The notes beneath the pieces are model-generated. The model was not told the origin of the DNA, did no database searches, and worked only from the letters and a program-made list of their open reading frames with translations. DNA of 64,000 nt from assembly GCA_030390025.1 (NCBI GenBank), contig JASTWF010000342.1, positions 310,001 through 374,000 on the forward strand. The letters are read 5' to 3'. This document shows, piece after piece, positions 38,876-51,305 of this stretch. The first letter of the stretch is position 1. Each line of letters starts with the position of its first letter. Source of the stretch: Squalus acanthias. Taxonomy: Eukaryota. Made by a program: the position numbers and the translations under genes.

Positions 38876-39099
38876 GCATGTTCTGATTGGTCCCCTTGGA
38901 TGACAAGACCAGATTTCTGATTGGTCCCCTTGGAGGGCAAGACACACCCAGCAGTTTATTTGGAATGTGTAATTAGATCCTGCATGCCTGAGTAATCAAG
39001 TACTTTGCAATGTGTAATTCGAGCCATTCATTCTAACTGTCAAGCTCCAGACACAGCTCACAGTACTGCTTTCAGAGAACAGACAGGGCTCACCCTCAT

Positions 39100-39690
39100 G
39101 GGTTAAGACCTTCTCCCCAGCCCAAAACAAGTTCCTGACAACCCCCCACCCCCGAGTTCCTGACCTTTTCCCTCCCCATCAAGTTCCTGACCTTCTCCCC
39201 CCCACTGGGGTCTGGACGTTCTCCCACTGCCCATTCCTGATCTTCCCCCTCCCGCCCAAGTTCCTGACCTTCTCCCCCCAACTGGGATCCTGACCTTCTC
39301 CCCGCCCCCCATGTTCCTGACCTTCTTCCCCCCCAAGTTTCCAATCTTCTCTCCCTCCACAAGTTCCTGACCTCCCCCTGCTCACGGGTTGCTGACTTTC
39401 CCCCCCGCCCAAGTTCCTGACGTCCCCGCAACAAGTTCCTGACCTTCCCCCGCCGCCCCGGGTTCCTGACCTTACCCCCACCGCCTCTCACCCCCGTCCA
39501 AGTTCCTGACCTCCTCTCCCCCTCCCCACAAGTTCCTGACCTTCTCCCCCACCCCCACCCCACCCGCACCCCCGGGTCCCTGACCTTCTCCCATTCCCCA
39601 AGTTCCTGATCTTCCCCCCCCCAACAAGTTCCTGACCATCTCCCCTTCCCCCCTTTCCCCCCACCCCACCTGGGTTCCTGACCTTCGCTG
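39100..39690. repeat. C-rich minisatellite, about 20 units with core caagttcctgaccttctcccc
   Basis: Core recurs every ~22-45 bp with variable poly-C linkers. Confidence 0.9.
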
Positions 39691-40059
39691 GGCTTTCCGA
39701 GAAATCAACCAGTTCTAGGGGGAGGAGAGGGAGAATATGGTGTGGGTGTAAAGGGGCTGGGGGTGGGGTTGGAAGAATGTGATTCACGTCTAACAGAGAG
39801 AGGAGAATGTGATCCGTCTTCCCATCTGGATCACGTTCTCACTCTCATTCCCCCCTCATTAGACCTAGATCACGTTCTTCCCCCATCCCCACTGTTGTCT
39901 CCATGCTCTTCCCCCACACCACCCCCGCCCCCCATCCCGAGGTCCTGCGCGACTCTATCTAGTTCGCATGCACGACCGGATCAAGTGCCTAGGCACAGTA
40001 TTAAATGGGCGTGCATGCGCAGTCTAGAGTCAAAAATCCATTGCAAATAATCACTCCGA

Positions 40060-40872
40060 TTTAGGACTGAGATGAGGATAAATTTCTTCACTCAAAGGGT
40101 TGTGAATCTTTGCAATTCTCTACCCCAGAGGGCTGTGGAGGCTCAGTTGTTGAGTATATTCAAGAGCTTTCCAGCCTAATCCCACTTTCCAGTTCTTGGT
40201 CCGTAGCCCTGTAGGTTGCAGCACTTCAAGTACATATCCAAGTACTTTTTAAATGTGATGAGGGTTTCTGCCTCTACCACCCTTTCAGGCAGTGAATTCC
40301 AGACCCCCACTACCCTGTGGGTGAAAAAATTTCTCCTCATTTCCCCTCTAATCCTTCTACCAATTACTTTAAATCTATGCCACCTGGTTATTGACTCCTC
40401 TGCTAGGAGAAATAGGTCCTTCCTATCCACTCTATCTAGGCCCCTCATAATTTTATACACCTCAATCAAGTCTTCCCGCAGCCTCCTCTGTTCCAAAGAA
40501 AACAATCCCAGCCTATCCAATTTTTCCTCATAGCTAAAATTCTCCAGTCTTGGCAACATCCTCGTAAATCTCCTTTGTACCCTCTCTAGGGCAATCACAT
40601 CTTTCCTGTAATATGGTGACCAGAACTGTACGCAGTACTCTAGCTATGGCCTAACTAATGTTTTATACAGTTCAAGCATAACCTCCCTGCTCTTTTATTC
40701 TATGTCTCAGCTAATAAAGGAAAGCATCCCGTAGGCATTCTTAACCATCTTACCTATCTGTCCTGCTATCTTCAGGGATCGGTGGACGTGCACTCCAAGG
40801 TCCCTCTGATCCTCTATATTCTCAGTATCCTACCGTTTATTCTGTATTCCCTTGCCTTGTTAGCCCTCCCAA
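40060..40872. mobile_element. Two abutting CR1 fragments in opposite orientation (+ 40060-40165; - 40166-40872)
   Basis: ORF 40176-40598 IALERVQRRFTRMLP; short plus-strand piece FRTEMR..FFTQRVVNL. Confidence 0.85.
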
Positions 40873-40897
40873 CCTTCTTGGCTACAGGAAGATTCCA

Positions 40898-41060
40898 GCC
40901 ACAACTTGCATTTATATAGCGTCTTTAACCTAGGACGCTTCACAAGAGTGCAATCAGACAAAAGTTGACACCGAGCCAAAGAAGGAGATATTAGGATGGA
41001 TGACTAAAAGCTTGGTCAAAGAGGTGTGTTTTAATGAGTGTCTTAAAGGAGGAGAGAGCT
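40898..41060 (-). mobile_element. L2-like LINE 3' end fragment
   Basis: acttgcatttatatagcg tail shared with the Deu SINEs, followed by different (LINE-like) sequence. Confidence 0.5.
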
Positions 41061-41554
41061 CCATCACAGAAAGGTAAACATTTCAATGTTGTGCCCCTTG
41101 ATTTGATTTTATTACATTTCCAGTGTTCTGTTTGTTAGATGTTTAGTCAAATTTTCAAAGTATTTCTTCCATTGTCATTTAATTCCATTTAATTAGATAT
41201 CTCCCAACTTTAGATTAAATTGCTTCCTGATTCACTTTTTTATGTTTATTAATGTTGGTTTGTCTGGTGATTGAGTTGCCCAGTTTGGTATTAATTTTTA
41301 ATGGCATTATCCCTCCAATCAGCTACAGCATTTGGTTGAACGCCAATATACAAACTGTTTTATATCTTCATAATTTTTACTGTCAATGAATATCTTTAAA
41401 AATTAAAGATCTGTTGATGTGTGCAATTTTTTTTCTTTCATCAACTAATATATTTATTACTCCAGCTAGTGACATAAACTTGGAGTCAAAACCATCTTGC
41501 TTTATGTATGTAATCTGTTGCAAAGTTACCGAGGTAGAATGTATTCTGCTGGAT

Positions 41555-41965
41555 TTTTTAATTCATTTTTATGGAATGTGGGCGTCGCTGGCAAGGCCAG
41601 CATTTATTGCCCATCCCTAATTGCCCTTGAGAAGGTGGTGATGAGCCGCCTTCTTGAACCGCTGCAGTCCGTGTGGTGAAGGTACTCCCACAGTGCTGTT
41701 AGGGAGGGAGTTCTAGGATTTTGGCCCAATGACGATGAAGGATCGGCGATATACTTCTAAGTCAGGATGGTGTGTGACTTGGAGGGGAACTTGGAGGTGG
41801 TGGTGTTCCCATGCATCTGCTGCCCTTGTCCTTCTAGGTGGAAGAGGTCGCGGGTTTGGGAGGTGCTGCCGAAGAAGCCTTGGCGAGTTGCTGCAGTGCA
41901 TCTTGTAGATGGTACAGACTGCAGGCACGGTACGCCGGTGGTGGAGAGAGTGAATGTTTAAGGTG
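41555..41965 (-). mobile_element. 3' fragment of the same LINE family as 24734-26578 (further pieces at 50945-51110 and 63940-64000)
   Basis: AVCTIYKMHCSNSPRLLRQHLPNPRPLPPRR and the shared tail. Confidence 0.85.
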
Positions 41966-42337
41966 TAGAGTTGTTGAGCTGCTCAATGAAGACATTTTTG
42001 TTCTGTCATTTTATTTTTGTATCTTTTGAATGCAGGTTCTCTGTTCTCACTTGTTATATGTATGAACCTGGATGGCTGTTGTAATAGTTTAATGTAAAAA
42101 GGATTGTAACAATTTGATCATTATCATTATTGTCTCAACAAGATATTTTAATGTATAGTATTTCTATGATGTTAAATTCAGCTGATTGTTTTAACCTTAA
42201 ATCGGCAGAGATGGAACCAGGTTGGTTGTCATGGCAATTTGAAGTGTAATTTATCTACCCAAGAGGAACACACTGTTGAGACATGCCAGCACCAAACTAC
42301 TTTTATTCATATTTCTGTAGCTTTGAAACAATATAAA

Positions 42338-42853
42338 GGCCTAGAAATTTGATTCGGCTGGGAAACGGCCAATGCCACCATGGGCTGAAGTTAATGGCTG
42401 CCCGCATAAAGAGCACAGGCAGCACTGGTATTTTGGTGCTGCCAGCTGATTTAAATTAGCGCAGTGCAGAACCTACTGTGCAGTGCGCTGTTTCAGGTGA
42501 TAGTCTCAGCAGGAGGCCCAATATAGTACAGCCATAGCATCCCTGGAGCAAAGCAGCATTCCCTTAAAGCTCAGCTGTCATTTTAGAAAGCAGTGTCGAG
42601 CCTTTAAAGGGGAACTGCCTTCTAAAATGAAAAAAATAAAAATCATTTAAAAATAGGCAGTCTTTAGCCGTTAGAGCACAACAGCCTTCTGAAAAAAAAA
42701 CATTAAAAATAATTACCAAATGGCAGTCTTCAGCTCTTACAGCTGAACTGCCTTCCGCACGTAAAAAAATGGTAAAAGTGCTTCAGCACTAACACAAATG
42801 GCTCAACAAGCCAGGGAAGGGGCACCCAGGGTTTTGCACGCAGCACTCCAGCT
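42338..42853 (+). mobile_element. Harbinger Myb-side terminal fragment D
   Basis: TIR ggcctagaaattt; ends just after atggctcaacaagccagggaaggggcacccagg, nearly identical to the Myb start at 57809. Confidence 0.7.
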
Positions 42854-42981
42854 TTGTTTCCATTCATTGTTTATACCCAACTTTTCTGGGTTTATTAAAC
42901 AATGAGATCTCTCTCTCAAAGACAGAGTAGGTGACTGAATCCTAGTAGCTGGTAATGGAAAGCCAGGATCAGCCGGCTTTT

Positions 42982-43805
42982 AGAACATAAGAACATAAGA
43001 AATAGAAGCAGGGGTAGGCTATTTGGCCCTTCAAGTCTGCTCTGCCATTCAATAAGATCTTGGCTGATCTTCTACCTCAACTTCACCTGCCCGCACTATC
43101 CCCATATCCCTTGATTAAATATCCAAAAATCTATCGATTTCTGTCTTGAATATACTCAACAACTGAGCATTCACAGTTCTCTGGGGTAGAAAATTCCAAA
43201 GATTAACAACCCTTTGAGTGAATAAATTTCTCCTCATATCAGTCATAATTTGCTGACCCCTTATTCTGAGACTGTGACTCCTAGTTCTAGACTCCCCAGC
43301 CTTTGGAAACATCCTCCCAGCATCTACCATGTCAAGCCTATTAAGAATTTTATGTGTTTCAATGAGATCACCTCTCATTCCTATAAACTCTAGGGAATAT
43401 AGGCCTAGTCTACTGAATCTCTCCTCATAGGACAATCCCCTCATCCCAGGAATCAGTCTAGTGAATGTTCGTTGCACTCCCTCTAAGGCAAGTATATCCT
43501 TTGTTAGGTAAGGAGACCAAAACTGTGCATAGTACTCCAGGTGTGGTCTCACCAATGCCTTCTATAATTGTAGTAAGACTTTTTTACTCTTACGCTCTAA
43601 TCCTTTTGTAATAAAGGCTAACATACCATTTGCTTTCCTAATTGCTTGCTGTACCTACATGTTAACTTCCTGTGATTCGTGTAGAAGGACACCCAGGTCC
43701 CTCTGAATACTAACATGTTCCAGTCTCTCACCATTGAAAAATATTCTGCTTTCCTAGTTTTCCTACCAAAGTGGATAACTTCACACTTTTCCACATTATA
43801 TTCCA
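42982..43805 (-). mobile_element. CR1 LINE 3' fragment
   Basis: VRPHLEYYAQFWSPYLTKD; cataagaa tail. Confidence 0.93.
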
Positions 43806-44199
43806 TTAAGTTTTGGAGTAGCTTAACTTGAAAGTGGATGTATGCTTATGGTGTCTTTGTTATTTTCTATAAGCAAATTGACTGATCTCATTATGAAACA
43901 TATGACCTAGAAATTGGATATAGCCACGAAACGGGCAGTGTTAGGGCCTAACAATGTTAAGCTGTGCCAACTCAAAATGGTCTAGGTAGCACGCAAAATT
44001 CTTGCTCACTCTTCATTAACATGATTATAGTCATGATTTCAGCGCTAGAACTGCTCCTCATTGGCTTAATGTGCAACAGGTGGACCAATATTGAGGCCAA
44101 TCTAATTCATAGTCATGTATGGCACAGGCTGTAACCAGTACTTAAAGGGGAGGTGCAATGATGCTACACCTTTTATGTTGAAATTTGGTGATTGATGGC

Positions 44200-44580
44200 T
44201 GGTGCCATCACCAATAAGACAGTAAGCAAGTGCCCCCTTTTAACGGGGCACAACCAATAAACCGCAAATTAAACCAAATTTAAATTAAACTTAACAAATC
44301 AAATCAAAATTTTGTTTATGGAGGTGATGAAACACTTCAGTCCCTCCAGCGCCCACCGGTCGCGGAAGGCCTCAAGTGCACCGGCGGACACCGCGTGCTC
44401 CATCTCCAGGGACACCCGGGTGCGAACATAGCCACGGAAGAGAGGCAGGCAGTCGGGCCGAATGACCCCCTCGATCGCCCGCTGCCTGGACCTGTTAATA
44501 GCCGCCTTGGCCAGGCCCAGCAGCAGTCCAACAAGGAGGTCCTCCAATCTGCCCACTCCCCTCCACACCAGGTGCCCTGC
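44200..44580 (-). mobile_element. Tx1/L1-clade LINE 3' end fragment inserted in element C
   Basis: LLVGLLLGLAKAAINRSRQ..CLPLFRGYVRTRVSLE..FRDRW resembles the Tx1 ORF2 C-terminus; possible duplication attgatg at 44191 and 44581. Confidence 0.65.
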
Positions 44581-44672
44581 ATTGATGCTACAGCACCTCA
44601 TTGTCAAGCTAGTTCCCAGTGCAGTTGCCAGAAGAATAATACGAAAAAGGAAGAATAAAGAACTGCAAAGCC

Positions 44673-46549
44673 ATGTCAGAGTGTCCTCAAAGAGAGAGAG
44701 CCTGGAGATTTTATGATGCAGCTCTGGAGGCACTGGTTGTGGCCGTGGAGAGGAGGCGGGCTGTCCTCTTCCTACAGACTGGAAGGAAGCCCTCGCCACA
44801 CACCACCCGAATGATGTGGCAGGAGATAGCCACCCATGTGACGGCCAGCACTGTGGTGCCAAGGTCAGTGGTCCAGTGCCGAAAGAAGTTTAATGACCTC
44901 ACATGAGTGGTCAAGGTGAGAGAAGGCTTCAGCAAATGCCATATCCCACCAACTGTACCACAAGCCTCACACACTGCTCAATGCACCGCTCCCCCAGCAC
45001 TCACCTACCAACAATCTCTAGCTATCACCACTCACACCTCACATTCATAGCTTCACTTCACCCTCACAACCTTACCATTGCTGCAACACTTGCACCCACA
45101 TCTTACACCTTGCACACAATGCCAGTTATTCAACAATAACAGGCACATCACCCAAACACATTGCACCACACTCACTCACACGCTTCTCTTTCTCTTGCAG
45201 ACCAAGGTGGTTCACAACCATCGTGAGCAGCAGCAGACAGGCAGGGGCAAACTGACATCCAGGACCTCAGCCAGCTAGAGGAGAGAGTTCTGGAGATAAT
45301 TGGACGGTAGATCATAGAGGCCGTAGCAACCAGCGAGGTTGAACCCCTTGGGCTCACATCTCACTTTCCCCTCATCCCACAATCTCTTCTCACTTTCAAG
45401 CTACTGATACTGTATGCATGCATATCTTGCTTTCCCCCACCCCTCCCCTCAACATAACCCGACTCTTGTGCCTTTCTGCTTTCAGATAATCAACAACAAG
45501 CACTGGACCAGCCTGTCCCCGAGGCGAAGCATGAGAGCGAGGTGGGAGAAGAAGAGGAAGAAGAAGACACTGTGTCACTGCATCTGTCACTCGCATACAC
45601 CTGCTCAGAAATTGGCACTATGCGTACTTTAGAGGTTAGTGTAGTAGTGAGATCTGCACAGGGTGAGGCACGAGTGGGCAGCAGCAAGGCCAGGAGGAAG
45701 GGTAGCTTGGGGGCCCGCTTCCCGGAGGGCGAGTTCGCGTGCGAGTTCTGCTGCACAGGACTCAGATGAGGACCTCGATGGATTGGCCATCAGAAGAAGG
45801 GTGATGGGCATGCACACCGAATTGATAGGTGCAATAGCAAGCCTGCCAGAGAGCCTTGTGGCAATGTCAAGGAGCATGGAGGAGTCCACCTCCAACATTG
45901 AACGGGGCTCCGCGCAGAGCTTGGAGCCTGGGATTTCCAGGCTGGAAATGATGGAAGACTCCCGAAGAGACTGTGTTGACCCAGATGTGATGGTGCGTGT
46001 GATGGGCAATATCACGGCTGCCATTGCAGCACAGGCGGAAGCGACCCAATGTCTTAGTGCTTCAGCGGAAGCTCAGACCGCTGTCTTGCAGTCTCAGCTT
46101 GATGCCACCCAAGCTCTGACTGCTGCCATCGTGGCTTGGTTTACCACTGTCGACTGGGGCTTGCAGATTGCTAGGAATGCTGAAGCGTTACCCTGGGGAA
46201 GTGGCAGTGGGTAAGTGGGTCAGTGGAGCAGGACCCTGCTGTCCTCTCTCAGGATGACAGCATTCCTGTTCCCACCACTTCCACTCCGCCATTGCCCTTG
46301 CCACTGCCTGTCAGCCAGCCAGCCCAGACTGCTGCCGCCCATGCCGAAGTGGTGCAGTCTGCAGCTGGGCCTTCTAGGGCCAGAGCTGCTCGAGGTCGTC
46401 CTGCAAGGCCATCTAAAGTCTACCCCATGGAAACTCAGCAGCCTTCCGCCAGCCATTCTGGAGCGACTGGGGGAGCACTTCGTAGGAGCACTAGGCCAGG
46501 AAAGGGCACCGGAACGACGGGCACTAAGGGATTGCACAAGGGTGATTAG
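44673..46549 (+). pseudogene. Harbinger Myb/SANT-like DNA-binding protein gene, about 3 exons, decayed
   Basis: Exon 1 RERAWRF..ALEALV..V....W.EIA..V...RSVVQCRKKFNDL; donor AAG|gtgag at 44915; acceptors ttgcag 45200 and tttcag 45485. Confidence 0.85.
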
Positions 46550-46727
46550 TTCATATAGTTACTGTAAATATGTGTGAAGTAATTTTTGATAAATCTATTA
46601 ATTTTGTTTGGAATCTTTTGTGGTGTCTCTCATTCAGCTTTGTGCCCAGGAGGACGCTGTGATATTCCGTGACAGAGGGATGGTATGATGGGGATGTGGT
46701 GAGCAACGGGGATCTAGGGTTTCATTC

Positions 46728-47700
46728 ATTGAGATCGGAGTCTGATCAGCCATTCACGGACAGCCCATCTGGAAAGAGGATTGACTGCCTGCCTTCTCCC
46801 TCCCGCCTCAAACTTTTTGTCTTCCTATTGCTCCTCTTCCTCTTCCTCATTCTCCTCCTCCTCTCCCTCGTCCTCCTCCTCAGGTGGTCTTGTAATTCCT
46901 GGTGGTAAGGGCTGTGCCCTCATGGTGACCAAGTTGTGGAGCATGCAGCAGACCACCACGAAATGGGACACCCTCTCCGCCGAGTACTGGAGGGCTCCTC
47001 CCGAGTGGTCAAGGCAGCAGAACTGTTACTTCAGCAGGCTGATGGTCTGCTTGATAATGTTCCTGGTGGAAGCATGGCTCTCATTATATGACTGCTGGGC
47101 ATGAGTGTTGGGGTTGTGGAGGGGCGTCATGAGCTAGGTGGAGAGCGGATAGCCCTGGTCTCCGAGAAGCCACCCTCGAGTTTGCTGTGGTGGCTGGAAG
47201 AGTGCTGACACACGGGGCTGACACAGGATGAAAGCATCATTGCTGCAGCCAGGATAGCAGGCATTCACCATCAGGATATGCTGTGCGTGGTTGCACAACA
47301 ACTGCACATTAAGTGGTTACGGATCTCAGGATTGATATACAGCACCCGCAAAGCCAGATGTGTGCAGTCGATTGCTCCCTGCACCACGGGGAAGCCCGCT
47401 ATCCTGGCCAAGCCACATGCGCGCTCGTCCTGCTTCTCTCATTGGCTCATTGACCTCCCGGATGCAGCGATGGATAGCGAACTGTAAGATGTTAGCTATG
47501 TCTCCTGCTGCAGAATGGAAGGATCCTCTGGCAAAAAAATTGAGGGCCACGGTGACCTTGAGGGCCACTGGGAGAGCCGTGTTCGCCCTGCTCTCAGGCT
47601 GCAGATTCGCATCTTCTCTTCTTTGCTGCCTCCGCCCCCTCTCCTGAAGATACTCGAGCACGAGGGGGACTGCCAGTAGAGCCCCCGTGACTGTGAGCAA
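46728..47700 (-). pseudogene. Harbinger transposase with internal deletions
   Basis: LPVALKVTVALNFFARGSF, GAIDCTH, WLLGDQGYP, CCMLHNL and acidic tail. Confidence 0.88.
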
Positions 47701-49032
47701 GTGTTGTGAGCAGAAGACTTTAAATAATAATTAAGGCATTCTCCACTTGCCCCAACACTCCCTGTTACCTTATAACCTCACAATAAGTTAATAAAGCTGC
47801 TGGAGTTGCAGAAAGTTGCACAGATCCAGTCAAACTGAACAAACATGTCAGGTGCAACTGATTGCTGTTGATCCCTTTAAATACCACTGCAGAAGCCTCC
47901 TTCCAGCTTGTCAACACTTGTCAACACTTGCTCAGCTTGCCTCCTGTCATACTTAAGGCATGCCAGTAAGTGGAGCAGCGAAGTCTAAACTCACAGATTG
48001 GGCATCAAATGAGCGTTGCACACTCATTGATGTCACGATCTGCTTCATTTCAATGATAATCCCAATCACTGCTATCGGCAGCGCTGTCAACCACCCAAAA
48101 TTGGTGGCCGCTGCGGGACTGGACAGCAGCTGGCGGAAGAGCGGCGGCTGCCATTATTCCACCCGATTATGGCAGTAACGGGTGGCAATAAACCACCCAA
48201 TTTCTAGGCCTATATTCTATTCATTCATATATTTTATGTCAAATAAGCCAGTCTTTGGTTGGAAATCATGCACGTGGAATATTATAATAAATCCAATATA
48301 TGCTGCAAAAGTTCTATATTATGATCCCTGGATTATGCTATCATTTAACTAGATATTGGGTAGAAACAGTTGCACTCCAGATCATAGGGATGTAATGTCT
48401 ACTTACGGGAGTGACTGGTGACACTGAACCTGAGAGACTATCTTGGGCAAAAACCTCAGAATTGTGCCATAGTATTTCTGAGGTAAAGACCCTAAAAATT
48501 GTGCTGCAATTTTTTGTTGTTAAAGTCTGCATCAATTGCCATATTTGTATGAATTTATTTATTGATTTTGATTGTCTTGTAAAATTTATTATGCATTTTG
48601 AATCACAATCAGTGTTGTGTGAAATATGCCATTCTGTTCCATAATTTGTAATTTATCTGCTGTGTGTAGATCTCACTATTACAGAGCTTCTGTTTTGGTG
48701 ACTATTCGATCCAGGTTTTCTTGACTGCATTCAGCTCCAGTTGGAAGCCAGAATATCATCATTTAAACAAAAAATGAGACAATATCCACTCTGGCAGTTT
48801 TAGTTTGAAAGGATAAATTCCTACTGCTTTTCATTGTATACTCCTTTAATTTGTTATATGGAGGTTTTTGTAGCATGCGATACTGAGTTCAAATGTTTTA
48901 CTGCTCATAGATGTTGCTATGGTACTGGGAAACTCCAGACTGTTGGAGCTAGTTATTGTTGGCGTGAAGCAGAACAATTTAATGCTGCCACAGTTCGAAT
49001 AGGAATGTAAATGAACATGTCGGGGGGTTGTA

Positions 49033-49180
49033 GGGGAAATTCGTCTTGAGCAATAGCACAAAATGGGCGATAGCGAATTAGCAGCCTGAAGTCAATGGAA
49101 AAGAAAATCGATCAGAGCGTAAAACAAGCTGTTGATTCGCTATCGCCCATGTTGTGCTATCGCTCAAGGCGAATTTCACC
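49033..49180. mobile_element. Hairpin MITE, 148 bp
   Basis: ~55-bp imperfect TIRs ggggaaattcgtcttgagcaatagcacaaaatgggcgatagcgaat / attcgctatcgcccatgttgtgctatcgctcaaggcgaatttcacc. Confidence 0.75.
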
Positions 49181-49849
49181 GTCGTGATGTGCTGCATGAT
49201 TTTGAAAGGGAAAAAAGTGCTAGCTTCAGAAACAATCTATTGGAAATAAAACATCAATATTCAGTCGACACAGGTGCTATAAGCCTGTGTACTGTAAAGA
49301 TTTAGTACCGTATTTAAATCCCCCTTTGTGGAGCTTCAGCAGATGATTTGAAATGTGCACAGTCTTATTCTGTGCCAAATATTTATTTTTATTATTCTCT
49401 CATATCAATTTTGCAGCTGTTGAATACAAATGAAAAATTTAAGATACAGGTTTAAATTTCAAAACTGGTTAAATATGTTCATTAGCTTTCAGGTTTGTCT
49501 CGGGGAAGGTTGCCAAAGCCTGAAATCCTAAAACTGAGATTAAACCCTTCAATATAACTCCAGTGGAATAACTATCTACCCAGATCACATATAATGTGAG
49601 TGTGAAGAATCTCAAAGATGGTGCTGAGGATAATGGTTACAATCACCTGGTCATACTGGTCTTCTCTCTCATTGATTAGTTGAGGAAGATCAGTCCCACT
49701 AACCAGCTTTGTTTATGAAGGGGAACCGTTTGTGTGTGAGGGAAAGTGTGGGGGGACATGGAGGAAGCTTGCCTGTAAGTGCTTGTTGTAGCAAAATTTT
49801 CAACACATTAACAGGTTCACAATCTTGCTGCACTGAACGCAGAGAGGAA

Positions 49850-50375
49850 AGATGTTCTTGCCATGGAGGGGGTGCAGCGGCGATTCACCAGGCTGATACC
49901 AGGAATGGCGGGATTGACCTATGAGGAGAGACTATGTAGTTTAGGGATGTACACACTGGAGTTTAGAAGATTGAGAGGGGACCTCATAGAAGTGTATAAA
50001 ATTCTGACAGGTCTAGACAGACTAGATGCAGAAGGAATGTTTCCCTTGGCGGGTGAGAACAGAACTAGAGGACATAATTTAAGGATAAGGGCTAAACCAT
50101 TTAGGACAGAAATGAGGGGGAATTTCTTCACTCAGAGGGTGGTGAACCTGTGGAACTCATTGCCACAGAGGGCAGTGTACGCCAGCTCATTAAATATATT
50201 TAAGAGGGAATTAGATATATTTCTACAGGCAAAAGGGGTTAAGGGTTACGGAGAGAAGGCGGGGACGGGATACTGAATTGGAGGATCAGCCATGATCTCA
50301 TTAAATGGCGGAGCAGGCTCGAAGGGCCGGATGGCCTACTCCTGCTCCTATCTTCTATGTATCTATGTATGTATC
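49850..50375 (+). mobile_element. CR1 LINE 3' fragment
   Basis: ORF 49863-50276; CR1 3' UTR and ctatgtat tail. Confidence 0.93.
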
Positions 50376-51150
50376 CCATGATCTTTCTTTTCTGGACAAA
50401 GCATGAGAGTAAAGAGTTTGCTGGAAAATCACTGCTATGTCAGGACATGTTTAACCCAATGGGCTATTGTTGCCATTGGTATCTGGAGCACTGAAAGCAG
50501 AGACATGGGCAGGTGGGTGTAGTTAGAAATTGGATAGTGTCGCCCCGCCAGAAAGAACTGGGTGTAGACAACGATCCCTGTGCTGAAACAGGTAGTCCCG
50601 AGAACCGATCAAAATTGGACTCCTCAGGCAGCTTGCTGGTGAAGCAGACATCAATTTTGGCCCATTGTGTCACCTGGAGCGGCCCTCAGGTAGGTCCTGG
50701 GGATGGAGTGGGGGGCGCGCACAGGCGATTGGGAGGGGGCTGAGCAGGGGCCAACAATGGTCTTTGGGGCTGCTGTGGAGCCAGGAGGAGCAGCTCCACA
50801 TTTAAGTAAGTATTTTTTATGAAACATACCTTTTCGTTGGTGGCCTCCAGTTGTCCCTGGTTATCATGATTGCAGCAAATCCAGCACCGGCTTCATTCAG
50901 GGCAGCCTGATTTCAGAGTGGAGTCCTAAAACAAGTGTTAGGCCTTTAGGTGGTAGAGGTCACGGGTTTGGGAGGTGCTGCTGAAGAAGCCTTGACGAGT
51001 TGCTGCAGTGCATCTTGTGGATGGTACACACTGCAGCCACGGTTGCACCGGTGGTGGAGGGAATGAATGTTTAAGGTGGTGGATGGGGTGCCAATTAAGC
51101 AGGCTGCTTTGTCGGCTTATATTTCAGATTTAAAGCATCGGTTCGCAGAG

Positions 51151-51305
51151 GGAAGAGGAAGATGCAGAAGAGGAAGATGCAGAAGAGGAAGACGTAGAAG
51201 AGGAAGAAGCGAAAGAGAAGCAAGCAGAAGAGGAAGAAGCAGAAGAGGAAGACGTAGAAGAGGAAGTAGCGAAAGAGAAGCAAGCAGAAGAGGAAGAAGC
51301 AGAAG
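51151..51305 (+). repeat. 15-bp purine-rich minisatellite (gaagaggaagaNgca) with 60-bp higher-order duplication
   Basis: Reads EEEDA EEEDA EEEDV EEEEA KEKQA EEEEA EEEDV EEEVA KEKQA EEEEA in the transposase-tail frame. Confidence 0.85.

Larger units (their letters stand above)
43904..48210. mobile_element. Complete-ended PIF/Harbinger element C (4.3 kb)
   Basis: TIRs gacctagaaattgg / ccaatttctaggcc; TSD tat (43901-43903, 48211-48213); convergent Myb and transposase genes. Confidence 0.92.

Noticed and set aside
39100..39690. CRISPR-like pattern of a conserved core with variable spacers
   Set aside because: Spacers are low-complexity poly-C of uneven length, there are no cas genes and the context is vertebrate; it is a minisatellite
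44673..44906. Host MSANTD/NAIF1-type gene
   Set aside because: Lies within TIRs and TSD opposite a transposase and has an in-frame TGA
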